IMG/VR virus record: IMGVR_UViG_3300022179_000455
Location: 1 to 37,205 of that record
Length of the DNA: 37,205 bases
Reading direction: 5' to 3' (one strand)
Source of the DNA: a virus
Lineage: Duplodnaviria > Caudoviricetes
The translations under genes were made by a program, and so were the position numbers. The notes below the pieces were generated by a model. That model was not told where the DNA came from. It ran no database searches and saw only the letters and a program-made list of their open reading frames with translations. Each line of letters opens with the position of its first letter. Position 1 is the first letter of the stretch. Shown one piece after another: positions 18,113 to 27,487 of this stretch.

Positions 18113-18141
18113 TTTACTTTTCCTACAAAATAGAGTATACT
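18113..18141 (+). promoter_or_regulatory. Sigma70-like promoter TTTACT-N17-TATACT
   Basis: Intergenic, upstream of uvsY. Confidence 0.7.
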
Positions 18142-18164
18142 TATCTATTATTGTGGAGAAGTAG

Positions 18165-18599
18165 ATGAAACTTGAAGAGATTTTTGACGAGTGGAAAAAA
18201 GACAGCCAGATTGATAAGACTGAGCTGGGCGAAGAGTCGCTGAAAATTCCAAAACTCCATCATAAATACTATCAGGTATTCTCAAGCGAGAAACTGCTGC
18301 TACGTAAGCTAGAAGCTGATTATAAAAAGTTGAAACTTGAGAAGTATGAATTTTACACTCAAGGACCGAACGAAGATACTCGCGCGAAGGGTTGGGAGCT
18401 GCCTGCAAAAGGATTGATCCTCAAGGCAGATATCCCTATGTATATGGAGGCTGATCCTGATCTTATTAATTTATCATTGAAGATCGGCTACCAGCAAGAA
18501 AAGATAGATTTGTTAGAGTCAATTATTAAAAGTCTAGCCAACCGTGGATATAGTATTAAGACTGCAGTTGATTGGGCAAGATTTATGATGGGAGGCTAA
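18165..18599 (+). CDS. uvsY: Recombination mediator UvsY
   Basis: 'W.KDS.ID..L.EESLKIP.LH.KY' and 'RGYSIK.A.DW.RF..G'. Confidence 0.92.
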   Translation: MKLEEIFDEWKKDSQIDKTELGEESLKIPKLHHKYYQVFSSEKLLLRKLEADYKKLKLEKYEFYTQGPNEDTRAKGWELPAKGLILKADIPMYMEADPDLINLSLKIGYQQEKIDLLESIIKSLANRGYSIKTAVDWARFMMGG

Positions 18600-20045
18600 T
18601 TGGAAACTGTTCGTGTAGAAAAATATGATGATGTGTACATAAAGGTATATTGTGAATCAGGAACAGCATTTGAGATGAGTGAGTTTTTCACCTTCGATGT
18701 TCCTGGCGCAAAGTATATGCCAGCATATCGAAATAAAGTTTGGGATGGTAAGGTTAGATTATACAACCCGATGTCACAAACTCTATATTATGGTTTGTTA
18801 CCATACGTTGAGAGATTTTGTCGCGAACGTCAGTACGAGATAGAATACCTCAGCGATTTTTCACACGAAGAGTTTTCAGTTGTAGAAGCAAAAGAGTTTA
18901 TAGATACTCTTGGATTGACATTAGAGCCTCGCGATTATCAAGTCAAGGCGTTCGTTCATGCAGTTCGTAATCGTAGAACGCTGTTGCTTTCGCCGACAGC
19001 ATCAGGTAAATCGCTTATCATTTATTTGCTAACGAGGTATTACGATGCACGCACTCTTATTATTGTTCCAACTACTTCTCTTGTTAGTCAGCTTGCTTCT
19101 GATTTTGCCGACTATGGTTTTCAATCTGACAAGCACGTTCATAGAATCTACTCTGGACAAGATAAATCAACGAATAAACGAATTACCATCTCAACCTGGC
19201 AATCGATATACAAACTTCCTAAAGAGTATTTCGAACAGTTTGAGGTGGTCATAGGCGATGAAGCACATTTATTCAAGGCAAAATCTTTAACTTCTATAAT
19301 GAGTAAATTGAAAGATTGTAAATTTCGTTTTGGTTTTACAGGAACATTAGACGGCACTCAAACCAACAAGCTAGTTCTTGAGGGGTTATTTGGTGCTGCT
19401 AAACGTGTTGTTACAACTTCAGAACTTATTGAACAAAAACACCTTGCTGACTTTAAGATAAAATGTTTATTGTTGAAGTACCCAGATGATGTACGAAAGT
19501 TAATTAAGAGTTATGATTATCAGGGCGAGATCGACTGGATTGTGCGTTGTCCACAACGTAACAACTTCATCAAAAATCTAGTACTTTCGCTGAAAGGTAA
19601 CACCCTGTTACTTTTCCAATTTGTTGACAAACACGGAAAAATATTATATGATTTGATTCGTAACTCTACGACTCGAAAAGTATTTTATGTTTCTGGCTCA
19701 GTTAATGGAGATGAACGTGAGCAAATTCGTAAAATTGTTGAGGGAGAAACAGACGCAATTATCGTCGCTAGCTACGGAACTTTTTCCACTGGTGTTAACA
19801 TACGCAATCTGCACAACGTTGTATTTTCTAGTCCTTCAAAATCGAGGATAAGAAACTTACAGTCGATTGGTCGTGGTTTGCGTAAGTCAGAAACCAAAAC
19901 AGAGTCCACGCTATATGATATCGCTGATGACTTTAGTATTAAAGCATGGCGCAATTATACACTTAATCATTTCGTCGAGAGAGTGAAAATTTACAATGAA
20001 GAAAAATTTCCTGTAAAGGTGTATCCAGTAAACTTAAAGGTATAA
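18600..20045 (+). CDS. uvsW: SF2 DNA helicase UvsW
   Basis: 'PRDYQ', 'SPTASGKS', 'DEAH', 'TGT', 'SYGTFSTGVNI', 'QSIGRGLR'. TTG start. Confidence 0.95.
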   Translation: METVRVEKYDDVYIKVYCESGTAFEMSEFFTFDVPGAKYMPAYRNKVWDGKVRLYNPMSQTLYYGLLPYVERFCRERQYEIEYLSDFSHEEFSVVEAKEFIDTLGLTLEPRDYQVKAFVHAVRNRRTLLLSPTASGKSLIIYLLTRYYDARTLIIVPTTSLVSQLASDFADYGFQSDKHVHRIYSGQDKSTNKRITISTWQSIYKLPKEYFEQFEVVIGDEAHLFKAKSLTSIMSKLKDCKFRFGFTGTLDGTQTNKLVLEGLFGAAKRVVTTSELIEQKHLADFKIKCLLLKYPDDVRKLIKSYDYQGEIDWIVRCPQRNNFIKNLVLSLKGNTLLLFQFVDKHGKILYDLIRNSTTRKVFYVSGSVNGDEREQIRKIVEGETDAIIVASYGTFSTGVNIRNLHNVVFSSPSKSRIRNLQSIGRGLRKSETKTESTLYDIADDFSIKAWRNYTLNHFVERVKIYNEEKFPVKVYPVNLKV

Positions 20046-20046
20046 A

Positions 20047-20613
20047 ATGGTTAAAACGAAAAAAGTACATTATGTTAATAACAAAACTCTTTATGAAGAA
20101 ATGGTTAAGTACAAAAAAGCAGTAAAAGAAGCTGAAGCTGCTGGTAAAGAGAAACCGCGAATCCCCAATTATATTGGCGAATGTTTTATGATGATTTGTA
20201 ATAAGTTATCAACAAAACCGAACTTTATGAATTATTCATACCGTGATGATATGATTGCTGACGGTATAGAAAATTGTATCTACTCTATTGATAACTTTGA
20301 TCCTGAGCGTTCAACTAATCCATTTGCTTATTTTACTCAGATAGCTTGGAATGCTTTTATCCGTCGCATTCAGAAAGAAAAGAAACAATCTTACATCAAA
20401 CATAAAAATTATGAAAACAACTTTATGATGGAAGAGATGGAAGATTATGCTGATTCTACTACCAAACATAAAATTAACGAGATCTCGTCTGAAATTATTA
20501 GGTCTTTCGAGCAAAAATTAGAGTTGACTAAAAACTTGAAAAAGAGTAAAATTGGAGTAGAAAAATTTGTAAAGGATGATGAAGATGAAAAACTTACACC
20601 TAATCCCAGTTAA
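20047..20613 (+). CDS. gp55: Late-transcription sigma factor gp55
   Basis: 'HYVNNK', 'NF.NYSYRDDMIADGIENC', 'NPFAYFTQIAWNAFIRRIQKEKKQ'. Confidence 0.95.
   Translation: MVKTKKVHYVNNKTLYEEMVKYKKAVKEAEAAGKEKPRIPNYIGECFMMICNKLSTKPNFMNYSYRDDMIADGIENCIYSIDNFDPERSTNPFAYFTQIAWNAFIRRIQKEKKQSYIKHKNYENNFMMEEMEDYADSTTKHKINEISSEIIRSFEQKLELTKNLKKSKIGVEKFVKDDEDEKLTPNPS
20524..20552 (+). promoter_or_regulatory. Sigma70-like promoter TTGACT-N17-TAAAAT inside the 3' end of gp55
   Basis: Consensus spacing. Would drive the small ORF and gp47/gp46. Confidence 0.5.
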
Positions 20614-20785
20614 CATTGTTGATCTAGTAGAAAAGCTAAACGATAACACCGTGCGCGAGAACGAACGTAACAATTACGTTTTACGTATAGAAGCTATCCG
20701 CGACTATTGTGCTGCGGCATTGGCAAAGAATCATTCTAATTACAAACCAGTACTTGCTGATAAGAGAGTTAATCGTACTCGATGA
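20576..20785 (+). CDS. Hypothetical protein
   Basis: 69-aa ORF (start could be 20585) with ATGA coupling to gp47. Confidence 0.6.
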   Translation: MMKMKNLHLIPVNIVDLVEKLNDNTVRENERNNYVLRIEAIRDYCAAALAKNHSNYKPVLADKRVNRTR

Positions 20786-21849
20786 AAATTGCTCTAATCA
20801 CAGACACGCACTGGGGAGTGCGCAATGACAATATCGCTTTTATTGATAATTCTAAACAGTTCCTTTCTGACCTATTCTTTCCTACACTGGAAAAAGAGGG
20901 GATCAAAACTGTGGTTCATCTTGGCGACCTCGTTGATCGCCGCAAGTACATTAACATTAATACAGCTCGCCGTCTTAGAGAAGATTTTCTAGATCCTCTC
21001 GATGCGATGAACAAAGAAGTTCATTTTATTGCTGGCAACCACGATACGTATTTCAAGAACACAAACAGCGTCAATGCATTGCGCGAACTCGTAACTGACA
21101 ATTACGAGACGTTCATTGTTCACGATCAATATCCGAAGGAAGTCGACTTTGATGGCACAATCATTCTTTTGATGCCGTGGATCTGTGATGATAACCGTAA
21201 ACAATCTCTAGAAAAGTTGAGGATGACAAATGCTCAAATCGTTATGGGACACCTTGAGCTTGCTGGTTTCGAAATGTATAGAGGCAGTATCGTCTCTCAT
21301 GGTGATGATCGCCACCTCTTTGATCGTTTCGATATGGTGCTTAGTGGTCATTATCATCACCGTTCCAGTGATGGCAGCATATTTTACTTGGGTAGCCATG
21401 CGGAGTTTACGTGGTCTGATTATGACGATCCTCGAGGCTTTCACATTCTTGATACCGAAACGAGGCAGTTGACTTTTATCGAAAATCCATATAAAATGTT
21501 TGCTAAGGTTTGGTATGATGATGTAACAGAAGGCAAAGAGCCAGAGAAGTATAACCTAGATGCTTTGCGAGGTAAGATCGTCAAAGTTATTGTTACAAAT
21601 AAATCAAACCCCTACCGCTTCGATCAGTTCATCAATCGTCTTGAAGGACTTGGGTTGATTGATATGCAGGTTGTTGACGATCATCTTAACTTGAATCTTG
21701 AAGAAGATACTGATATCGTCAACGAAGCTGAAAGCACGATTGACATCTTCAAGAAGTTTATTGAACAAGTACCTTCGCAAAATATAGATAAAAAGAGGCT
21801 TGAGCAAACGATCGTCGAGCTATATAATGAGGCGCTAACAATTGAGTAA
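20782..21849 (+). CDS. gp47: Recombination nuclease subunit gp47 (Mre11/SbcD-like)
   Basis: Metallophosphoesterase motifs DTHWG, GDLVD, GNHD, GH, SGHYH. Confidence 0.95.
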   Translation: MKIALITDTHWGVRNDNIAFIDNSKQFLSDLFFPTLEKEGIKTVVHLGDLVDRRKYININTARRLREDFLDPLDAMNKEVHFIAGNHDTYFKNTNSVNALRELVTDNYETFIVHDQYPKEVDFDGTIILLMPWICDDNRKQSLEKLRMTNAQIVMGHLELAGFEMYRGSIVSHGDDRHLFDRFDMVLSGHYHHRSSDGSIFYLGSHAEFTWSDYDDPRGFHILDTETRQLTFIENPYKMFAKVWYDDVTEGKEPEKYNLDALRGKIVKVIVTNKSNPYRFDQFINRLEGLGLIDMQVVDDHLNLNLEEDTDIVNEAESTIDIFKKFIEQVPSQNIDKKRLEQTIVELYNEALTIE

Positions 21850-22078
21850 GCCCACTATCATACATATTAACAGAAACATTATTCAGCGAAATGCGAAACA
21901 CAATCTTGAAGAGCCAGTGTGTCGTGTTGAGAAAAATGGTGTTGTTCGGTATTGTATGGAAGTTGAAATAAAAGGTCCATCGCATATGATATACAGCCCG
22001 AATAAGCCACGTCCTTGTGGCGCTAAACTTTGGATTGAAACCTATGCTGATGTTGAATTGATAGGTGAGAAAGTTTGA
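21842..22078 (+). CDS. Hypothetical protein
   Basis: 78-aa ORF ('IHINRN.I..N.K...P...CGAKLWIET') coupled between gp47 and gp46. Confidence 0.7.
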   Translation: MSKPTIIHINRNIIQRNAKHNLEEPVCRVEKNGVVRYCMEVEIKGPSHMIYSPNKPRPCGAKLWIETYADVELIGEKV

Positions 22079-23784
22079 TCGTATTTAGAAAACTTCGCTG
22101 GAAAAACTTTTTGTCTACGGGCAATTTGTTTACAGAACTTCAGCTTGACAAACACAACACAACTCTAATCGTTGGTGAGAATGGTGCAGGTAAGTCTACC
22201 ATTCTTGACGCATTGTCATATGCTCTGTTTGGCAAAGCATTCCGTAACGTCAACAAGCCACAGCTGTTGAACAGTATCACGCAGAAAGCTCTCGTTACAG
22301 AGATCGAGTTTGACGTAGGTAAAAACAGCTATAAGATTATTCGTGGTATGCGCCCGAATGTTTTCGAAGTATACATGAACGACAACCTTCTCAATCAGTC
22401 TGCTGAGATGAAAGATTATCAGGAGATCCTCGAGAAGCAAATCCTCAAGATCAATCACAAGTCATTCTGTCAGGTTGTTGTTCTTGGTAGCGCTACGTTT
22501 CAACCATTTATGCAGCTAGCTGCTGGTCGTCGTCGTGAAATTATTGAAGACTTGCTAGACCTTCAAATCTTTACAACTATGAATACGCTACTGAAAGAAA
22601 AGGTAACTCTTAATAATGAAAAAACTTCTGATATTCTTTCTGAACAGAAAGTTATCAATGAAAAAATAAAACTAATTAAACAACATTTGCTAGAAAAACA
22701 AAATAGCAACGATCAAATTTTAGAAGAAAAACTAACGCGGATCGAAGAAACGCAAAAACATATCGAAGAAGCAACTACTCGTGTTAAAGAAATTAATGAT
22801 AAGATTGTTGAATTAACTAAGCAAACTAATGAAGCTGATTGTTTGAATCGTAAAGTCGAGAAGATCAAAAAGCTACGTATTCAGCTTGATCATAAAGTTG
22901 AATCGATGAATGATGAAATTAAATTTTTAAAAGAACATGAAGACTGTCCAACTTGCAAGCAGCATATTGCTGAAGAGTTTCGTGATAGCACTATTACTGA
23001 GAAACAAACACAAATTCAAACTATTCAAGATAACTATCCTGAATTGATTAAACAGTTTGAAGAAACAAATAAGCAAATTGCCGAAATTATGGAAATACAG
23101 TCTCAGATCACTGAGAATAAGATGGAACAGCATCAGCTAAAAACACGTATTTCTTCTTGGCTGGATTATGCCAGTATTCTTGAAAAAGAGATCAACGAGA
23201 TCAATAAAAAAACACAAGAAGAAGATGATATTAAAATTGCTGATCTAGAGAAAGAACTCGAAGAGTTTCAAATTAAATTTAACGAACTCGCTGAAGAGAA
23301 AAATATTCTTTCTGCTGCTTCATACTTACTCAAGGATGGAGGCATCAAAGCGAGGATCATTAAACAATATGTCCCTGTTATTAATCGCCTTATCAACAAG
23401 TATTTGTCTGCTATGGACTTTTTTGTACAGTTTGAGCTTGACGAAGAGTTTAACGAAACAATTAAATCGCGCTTTAGGGATGAATTCAGTTACGCGTCGT
23501 TTTCTGAAGGAGAAAAGATGCGAATCAATTTGGCTGTGCTTTTTACTTGGAGGGCTGTTGCTAAACTCCGTAATTCTATCAGTACTAATCTTCTTATCAT
23601 GGACGAAGTTTTCGATAGTTCCCTAGATTCGAACGGCACTGAAGAGTTTATGAAGATACTAAATCAATTGACACAAGACACGAATACGTTTATTATTTCT
23701 CACAAGGGCGATCAGCTCGTCGACAAGTTTTCCAACGTTATCAGATTTGAAAAGAAACAAAATTTCTCTAAGATTGCGGCATGA
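22075..23784 (+). CDS. gp46: Recombination ATPase gp46 (Rad50/SbcC-like)
   Basis: Walker A GENGAGKST, zinc hook CPTC, signature FSEGE, Walker B LLIMDEVFDSSLD, ISH. Confidence 0.96.
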   Translation: MIVFRKLRWKNFLSTGNLFTELQLDKHNTTLIVGENGAGKSTILDALSYALFGKAFRNVNKPQLLNSITQKALVTEIEFDVGKNSYKIIRGMRPNVFEVYMNDNLLNQSAEMKDYQEILEKQILKINHKSFCQVVVLGSATFQPFMQLAAGRRREIIEDLLDLQIFTTMNTLLKEKVTLNNEKTSDILSEQKVINEKIKLIKQHLLEKQNSNDQILEEKLTRIEETQKHIEEATTRVKEINDKIVELTKQTNEADCLNRKVEKIKKLRIQLDHKVESMNDEIKFLKEHEDCPTCKQHIAEEFRDSTITEKQTQIQTIQDNYPELIKQFEETNKQIAEIMEIQSQITENKMEQHQLKTRISSWLDYASILEKEINEINKKTQEEDDIKIADLEKELEEFQIKFNELAEEKNILSAASYLLKDGGIKARIIKQYVPVINRLINKYLSAMDFFVQFELDEEFNETIKSRFRDEFSYASFSEGEKMRINLAVLFTWRAVAKLRNSISTNLLIMDEVFDSSLDSNGTEEFMKILNQLTQDTNTFIISHKGDQLVDKFSNVIRFEKKQNFSKIAA

Positions 23785-23936
23785 CAAGTTGGCGTTTGTG
23801 GGCGAAAGCTCTTGGTGAAAAGTCTGGTAAAGATAACAATGAAGCAGATCAGATAGCACTAATCCGTACAATCATTGTATTGTCCTATCTAATCACGAAT
23901 GGGTTTATCATAGCAGGAGTAATCAGACATTGGTAA
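23781..23936 (+). CDS. Small predicted membrane protein (51 aa)
   Basis: Not in the ORF track. MTSWRLWAKALGEKSGKDNNEADQIALIRTIIVLSYLITNGFIIAGVIRHW. Overlaps gp46 (ATGA) and def (TAATG). Confidence 0.75.
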   Translation: MTSWRLWAKALGEKSGKDNNEADQIALIRTIIVLSYLITNGFIIAGVIRHW

Positions 23937-24415
23937 TGAAATTAATAGATGGCGAAGATCAAATTTTACGCGAACCATGTAAAGAGTTCGATTTCCTCAG
24001 TCCTCCATTCGAGCCGATAGAATATGCCAAAGCGTTGGTTAAGTTTATGTATGACAACAATGGTTATGGTATTGCTGCCTCTCAGGTCGGAGATCCATAT
24101 CGTATTTTTGCTATGCGTGGTCATCCCGAGAATTTTGTTTGTATCAATCCCAAAATTCTTAGTACAAGTGACGAAACGATTGTTCTTGAGGAAGGATGCC
24201 TCTCGTTCCCGAATCTAATAGTTAAGGTTAAACGACCAAGACATATTCGTGTTCGATTCTACACGCCGAACGGTGATGTACGTACAGAAAAGTTTACAGG
24301 TATGTCTGCGCGAGTGTTTCAACATGAAATGGATCATCTTGACGGAATGCTTTACTTTAATCGCGCTTCGAGGTATCATAGAGATATAGCAATGCGTAAG
24401 TGGAGAAATTCGTGA
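23936..24415 (+). CDS. def: Peptide deformylase
   Basis: Motifs GYGIAASQ, EGCLS and QHEMDHL. Confidence 0.95.
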   Translation: MKLIDGEDQILREPCKEFDFLSPPFEPIEYAKALVKFMYDNNGYGIAASQVGDPYRIFAMRGHPENFVCINPKILSTSDETIVLEEGCLSFPNLIVKVKRPRHIRVRFYTPNGDVRTEKFTGMSARVFQHEMDHLDGMLYFNRASRYHRDIAMRKWRNS

Positions 24416-24951
24416 ATATCTTTTACATTGACCACGATCCTGTGCAAGCTGCGCAGTGGATGGTCGATAAACATGTTGTTAAAATGATTCTCGAGTCAGC
24501 ACAGTTGCTTTCGACCGCACATCGTTTGCTAGACGGTACGGAAGTCGAAGGTAAAAGCGCATCTGGTCGCAAAGCTCGCCGCTGGGTTCTTGCTGACGAG
24601 CGCGATGATGTTATCTATCAGGCAACACATATCAATCATCCATCAGCTGTCTGGTGTCGTAAGTCTGTTGAAAACTACAACTGGCTTGTCGATCATTTTT
24701 ATGCATTAATGGCTGAGTATACTCATCGTTACGGCAAACAGCATAAATGCTACGGCGATTTGTCTTACATGCTACAGTCGCCGCCGAAGAATCTACAAGA
24801 GTGGGATTGGACGCCGATGCCTTCCGCAATGGCTGAAGAGTATATTGTTTCGGAAGATGCATTGACAAACTACAGAAATTATTATATACTTGGTAAAGCT
24901 AGAATGCATAAATGGACTAACCGTCAACCGCCAGAATGGATTAATCAATGA
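24412..24951 (+). CDS. Pyrimidine-dimer DNA glycosylase / endonuclease V-like protein
   Basis: GTG start gives MNIFYID..P..AA....DKHVVKMILESAQLL...THINHPSAVW, a pattern I recognise from the DenV-related phage family. Confidence 0.65.
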   Translation: MNIFYIDHDPVQAAQWMVDKHVVKMILESAQLLSTAHRLLDGTEVEGKSASGRKARRWVLADERDDVIYQATHINHPSAVWCRKSVENYNWLVDHFYALMAEYTHRYGKQHKCYGDLSYMLQSPPKNLQEWDWTPMPSAMAEEYIVSEDALTNYRNYYILGKARMHKWTNRQPPEWINQ

Positions 24952-25331
24952 GTAATTTTTACAATGATGTACGCGACTTTCATATTGCCTTTTCTCAGCC
25001 CGTGGGAGATTCTCCAAATCTTCCTGATGAAAACGAACGTCATCTTCGCAAAATTCTTTTACAAGAAGAAGTAGATGAGTATCTAAATGCAGAGCTTGAA
25101 CACGATATTGTTGAAATTGCAGATGCCTTGGCTGATATCATTTACATTGCATGCGGTACTGCTGTATCTTATGGGATTCCTCTAGACAAAGTGTTTGAGG
25201 AAGTGCATCGTTCGAACATGGCAAAGCTGGTTGATGGTAAGCCACTCAAGCGAGAAGATGGTAAAGTAATCAAGCCAGTAGGTTGGACAGCGCCAGATAT
25301 TGCTGGCGTATTAAAAAGATCACACCAATAA
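24948..25331 (+). CDS. MazG-like / PRA-PH family NTP pyrophosphohydrolase
   Basis: 'V.DFH.AF', 'EE..EY', 'EIADALADIIY..G', 'EVHRSNM.K', 'DGKVIKP'. Confidence 0.85.
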   Translation: MSNFYNDVRDFHIAFSQPVGDSPNLPDENERHLRKILLQEEVDEYLNAELEHDIVEIADALADIIYIACGTAVSYGIPLDKVFEEVHRSNMAKLVDGKPLKREDGKVIKPVGWTAPDIAGVLKRSHQ

Positions 25332-25336
25332 AATCT

Positions 25337-25365
25337 TTGACAAATTTTGCAAATCGGGCTATAAT
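25337..25365 (+). promoter_or_regulatory. Perfect sigma70 consensus promoter TTGACA-N17-TATAAT
   Basis: Intergenic, about 50 nt upstream of the oxygenase gene. Confidence 0.85.
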
Positions 25366-25412
25366 GTTAGATATATAACGTTATAGTGACCACACAGCAT
25401 AGGATAACTTAC

Positions 25413-26714
25413 ATGGTTAAAGTACTAATTCGTAAAAAACACGACGCAGAACATACACTCGGCACGTTTATCACATGCGCAGAGTATACTGATCTTATCG
25501 TAACTGAAGATTGCGATCTTTACGCAGAGCATGCTGTTGACCCCACGCATACTTCAGAAGAAAATATAATCTTTAAGTTTCGCAAAAACGTCTTTACAAA
25601 AGAAGAACTTGATCGTTGTTATAAAGGATTGCGCGCAGCTGCTACTGAATCGCAGAACCGTGGCTTGGCTGCGGGTCCACGTGGCGATCAACTTGGTCAG
25701 GAAGGACGTGGTAATCGTGACTGGGTGACTGCTGAACACTTAGAGATTCTCTCGTTTCTTGCTCGTCCGCTAAACACCATTGATGACGGTACAACAATTG
25801 AAACGATTCGCGAGAGTCATAAAGTTATAAACAAAGAAGAAACTCGCGGGCAAGTTTGGTTACGTTCTGAAGTAACAAAGAAGTATCCTGAGTATCACGG
25901 CTGGTTTGATAAGTGGCTTGCTGGTTTACATAATATGTCTCGCGAAGAACAGCGAGTTGAAGCGCAATATATTATTGACAACTATATCAGCGACACTAAC
26001 TATGCGCAGTCAGTAATGTCTGGTATTGCTGGATACTTTGATCGTTATCCGCGTATTCCTTACGGTCGCGCGACTTCATACACCGAAAAAAATCCTGAAG
26101 ACTTTGCTGAGTCGTTTCCATTCCTTAATAAATTGAATGATCAGTTCCGCGAGTTGCTTCCAGTTCGTTGGGGGAATCAACGCGCCGAAGCTGACAAGCT
26201 GGATCCTCGTTTCTTGATTGACGGCACAGTGTTTACTACTCTTACTGTTAATCATAACTGGCGCACTGCTTGTCACCGCGATGCTGGCGACTTAAATGAA
26301 GGGTTTTCTAACATCTGCGCTCTAGGTAAAGGATGGCGGGGTGGTGAATTTATTCTTCCTGAATATCGTATTGCTGTTAAGCTAGCTCCTGGCGATATGT
26401 TGCTCGTAAATAATCATGGCGGTATTCATGGTAACGATGAGCTTATTGGTGATGATAATGATCGCATGACGATTGTTGCATACTTCCGCGAGAAGATGGT
26501 AGATCTCAAGTCTTGGGATTATGAGCAGCTCCGTAAGAAATATATTGATGAGCGTCGCTTAAATCAAAATCACAAGTACTGGCGTCCTCTGTGGAACGGT
26601 GTCAATCCTAACATGTTTAAAGAACAAGAGTGGTATGATTATATGAAGGCGCATAATATCCAAGATCCATTCGCTGAAGAAGAAACTGCTACTCTTGAAG
26701 GTTTCTTTGCGTGA
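25413..26714 (+). CDS. TET/JBP-family 2-oxoglutarate/Fe(II) DNA pyrimidine dioxygenase
   Basis: FTTLTVN...TACHRDAGD (HxD), GGEFILPEY, PGDMLL...IHGN (distal His), RMTIVAYFREKM (2OG-binding Arg). ATG at 25413 follows AGGA. Confidence 0.82.
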   Translation: MVKVLIRKKHDAEHTLGTFITCAEYTDLIVTEDCDLYAEHAVDPTHTSEENIIFKFRKNVFTKEELDRCYKGLRAAATESQNRGLAAGPRGDQLGQEGRGNRDWVTAEHLEILSFLARPLNTIDDGTTIETIRESHKVINKEETRGQVWLRSEVTKKYPEYHGWFDKWLAGLHNMSREEQRVEAQYIIDNYISDTNYAQSVMSGIAGYFDRYPRIPYGRATSYTEKNPEDFAESFPFLNKLNDQFRELLPVRWGNQRAEADKLDPRFLIDGTVFTTLTVNHNWRTACHRDAGDLNEGFSNICALGKGWRGGEFILPEYRIAVKLAPGDMLLVNNHGGIHGNDELIGDDNDRMTIVAYFREKMVDLKSWDYEQLRKKYIDERRLNQNHKYWRPLWNGVNPNMFKEQEWYDYMKAHNIQDPFAEEETATLEGFFA

Positions 26715-27487
26715 GAGTTGCAAAAATTTGTAATGAGTGGGAGCTTACGTTCAATCAGCTGAAAAGCGAGAATGACGTAAGCCTCCACAATCGTTCATAT
26801 CTTCATTATGCTGCAGATCACTCAGATCTTGTCTCGGCTAAGTGCTGGGCTACAAAATGGTTGTTAGATGATATTGTTGATATGAAACAAAAATATTCTG
26901 TTAGAGAATATATGGCAGGTATTGGAATACAAACTCTTTTAATACAAAAGATGTTCAATGTTGATAAACATATTGTCGGAGAACTTGATGAAGATTGCAT
27001 CAACCATTTAAAGTCAAACAATTGGGACCCCGAACCAGTATTCCTTCATCAGAATGCATTTGATAGTGCAAAAGAAGAAGATAATAGCGACCTAAAATTT
27101 TTAGATCTACCTAATTCTAGTATTTTACAGACCACAACAAAGTGGAAAGATATCTTCTATAAATTGTTTGAGTCTAAGCCGAAGCTGGTTGTATGGACAG
27201 ACACTTCCGTAACTTATCCGATGTCTATTCATGGTGAAAAGTATGGAAAAATTTTTGGCGCTAAGATAGAAAATAAAAATGATTATGTAAACGCATATTC
27301 TGCTTGGCTTTTTCGCACTTTCAGTTATAATATAAAAAGAGCTGCATTTCGAGGAAACAACGCAGTATACTTCGCCGCAGTCCCTTACGAACAGCAAACA
27401 GAAATGAAACATTTTCCTTTAGCTGATTATTCAGATGGTTTCTATTTTATCGGAAATGAGAAAATAACTCTTGACAACTTCTTCTGA
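26711..27487 (+). CDS. Putative class I SAM-dependent methyltransferase-like protein
   Basis: Motif I-like 'VREYMAGIGIQT', acidic beta2 end 'HIVGELD', 'NAF', and 'DLKFLDLPN' at the DPPY position. No Pro-Cys C5-MTase motif. GTGA coupling to the oxygenase. Confidence 0.5.
   Translation: MRVAKICNEWELTFNQLKSENDVSLHNRSYLHYAADHSDLVSAKCWATKWLLDDIVDMKQKYSVREYMAGIGIQTLLIQKMFNVDKHIVGELDEDCINHLKSNNWDPEPVFLHQNAFDSAKEEDNSDLKFLDLPNSSILQTTTKWKDIFYKLFESKPKLVVWTDTSVTYPMSIHGEKYGKIFGAKIENKNDYVNAYSAWLFRTFSYNIKRAAFRGNNAVYFAAVPYEQQTEMKHFPLADYSDGFYFIGNEKITLDNFF

Noticed and set aside
3584-23784. Introns, inteins or homing endonucleases in core genes (gp17, gp18, gp20, gp23, uvsW, gp46)
   Set aside because: All ORFs are continuous and of normal length, with no intein termini or LAGLIDADG/HNH/GIY-YIG motifs seen.
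26711-27487. C5-cytosine DNA methyltransferase supplying 5mC to the TET enzyme
   Set aside because: No catalytic Pro-Cys or ENV motif visible. Kept only as a generic SAM-binding candidate.
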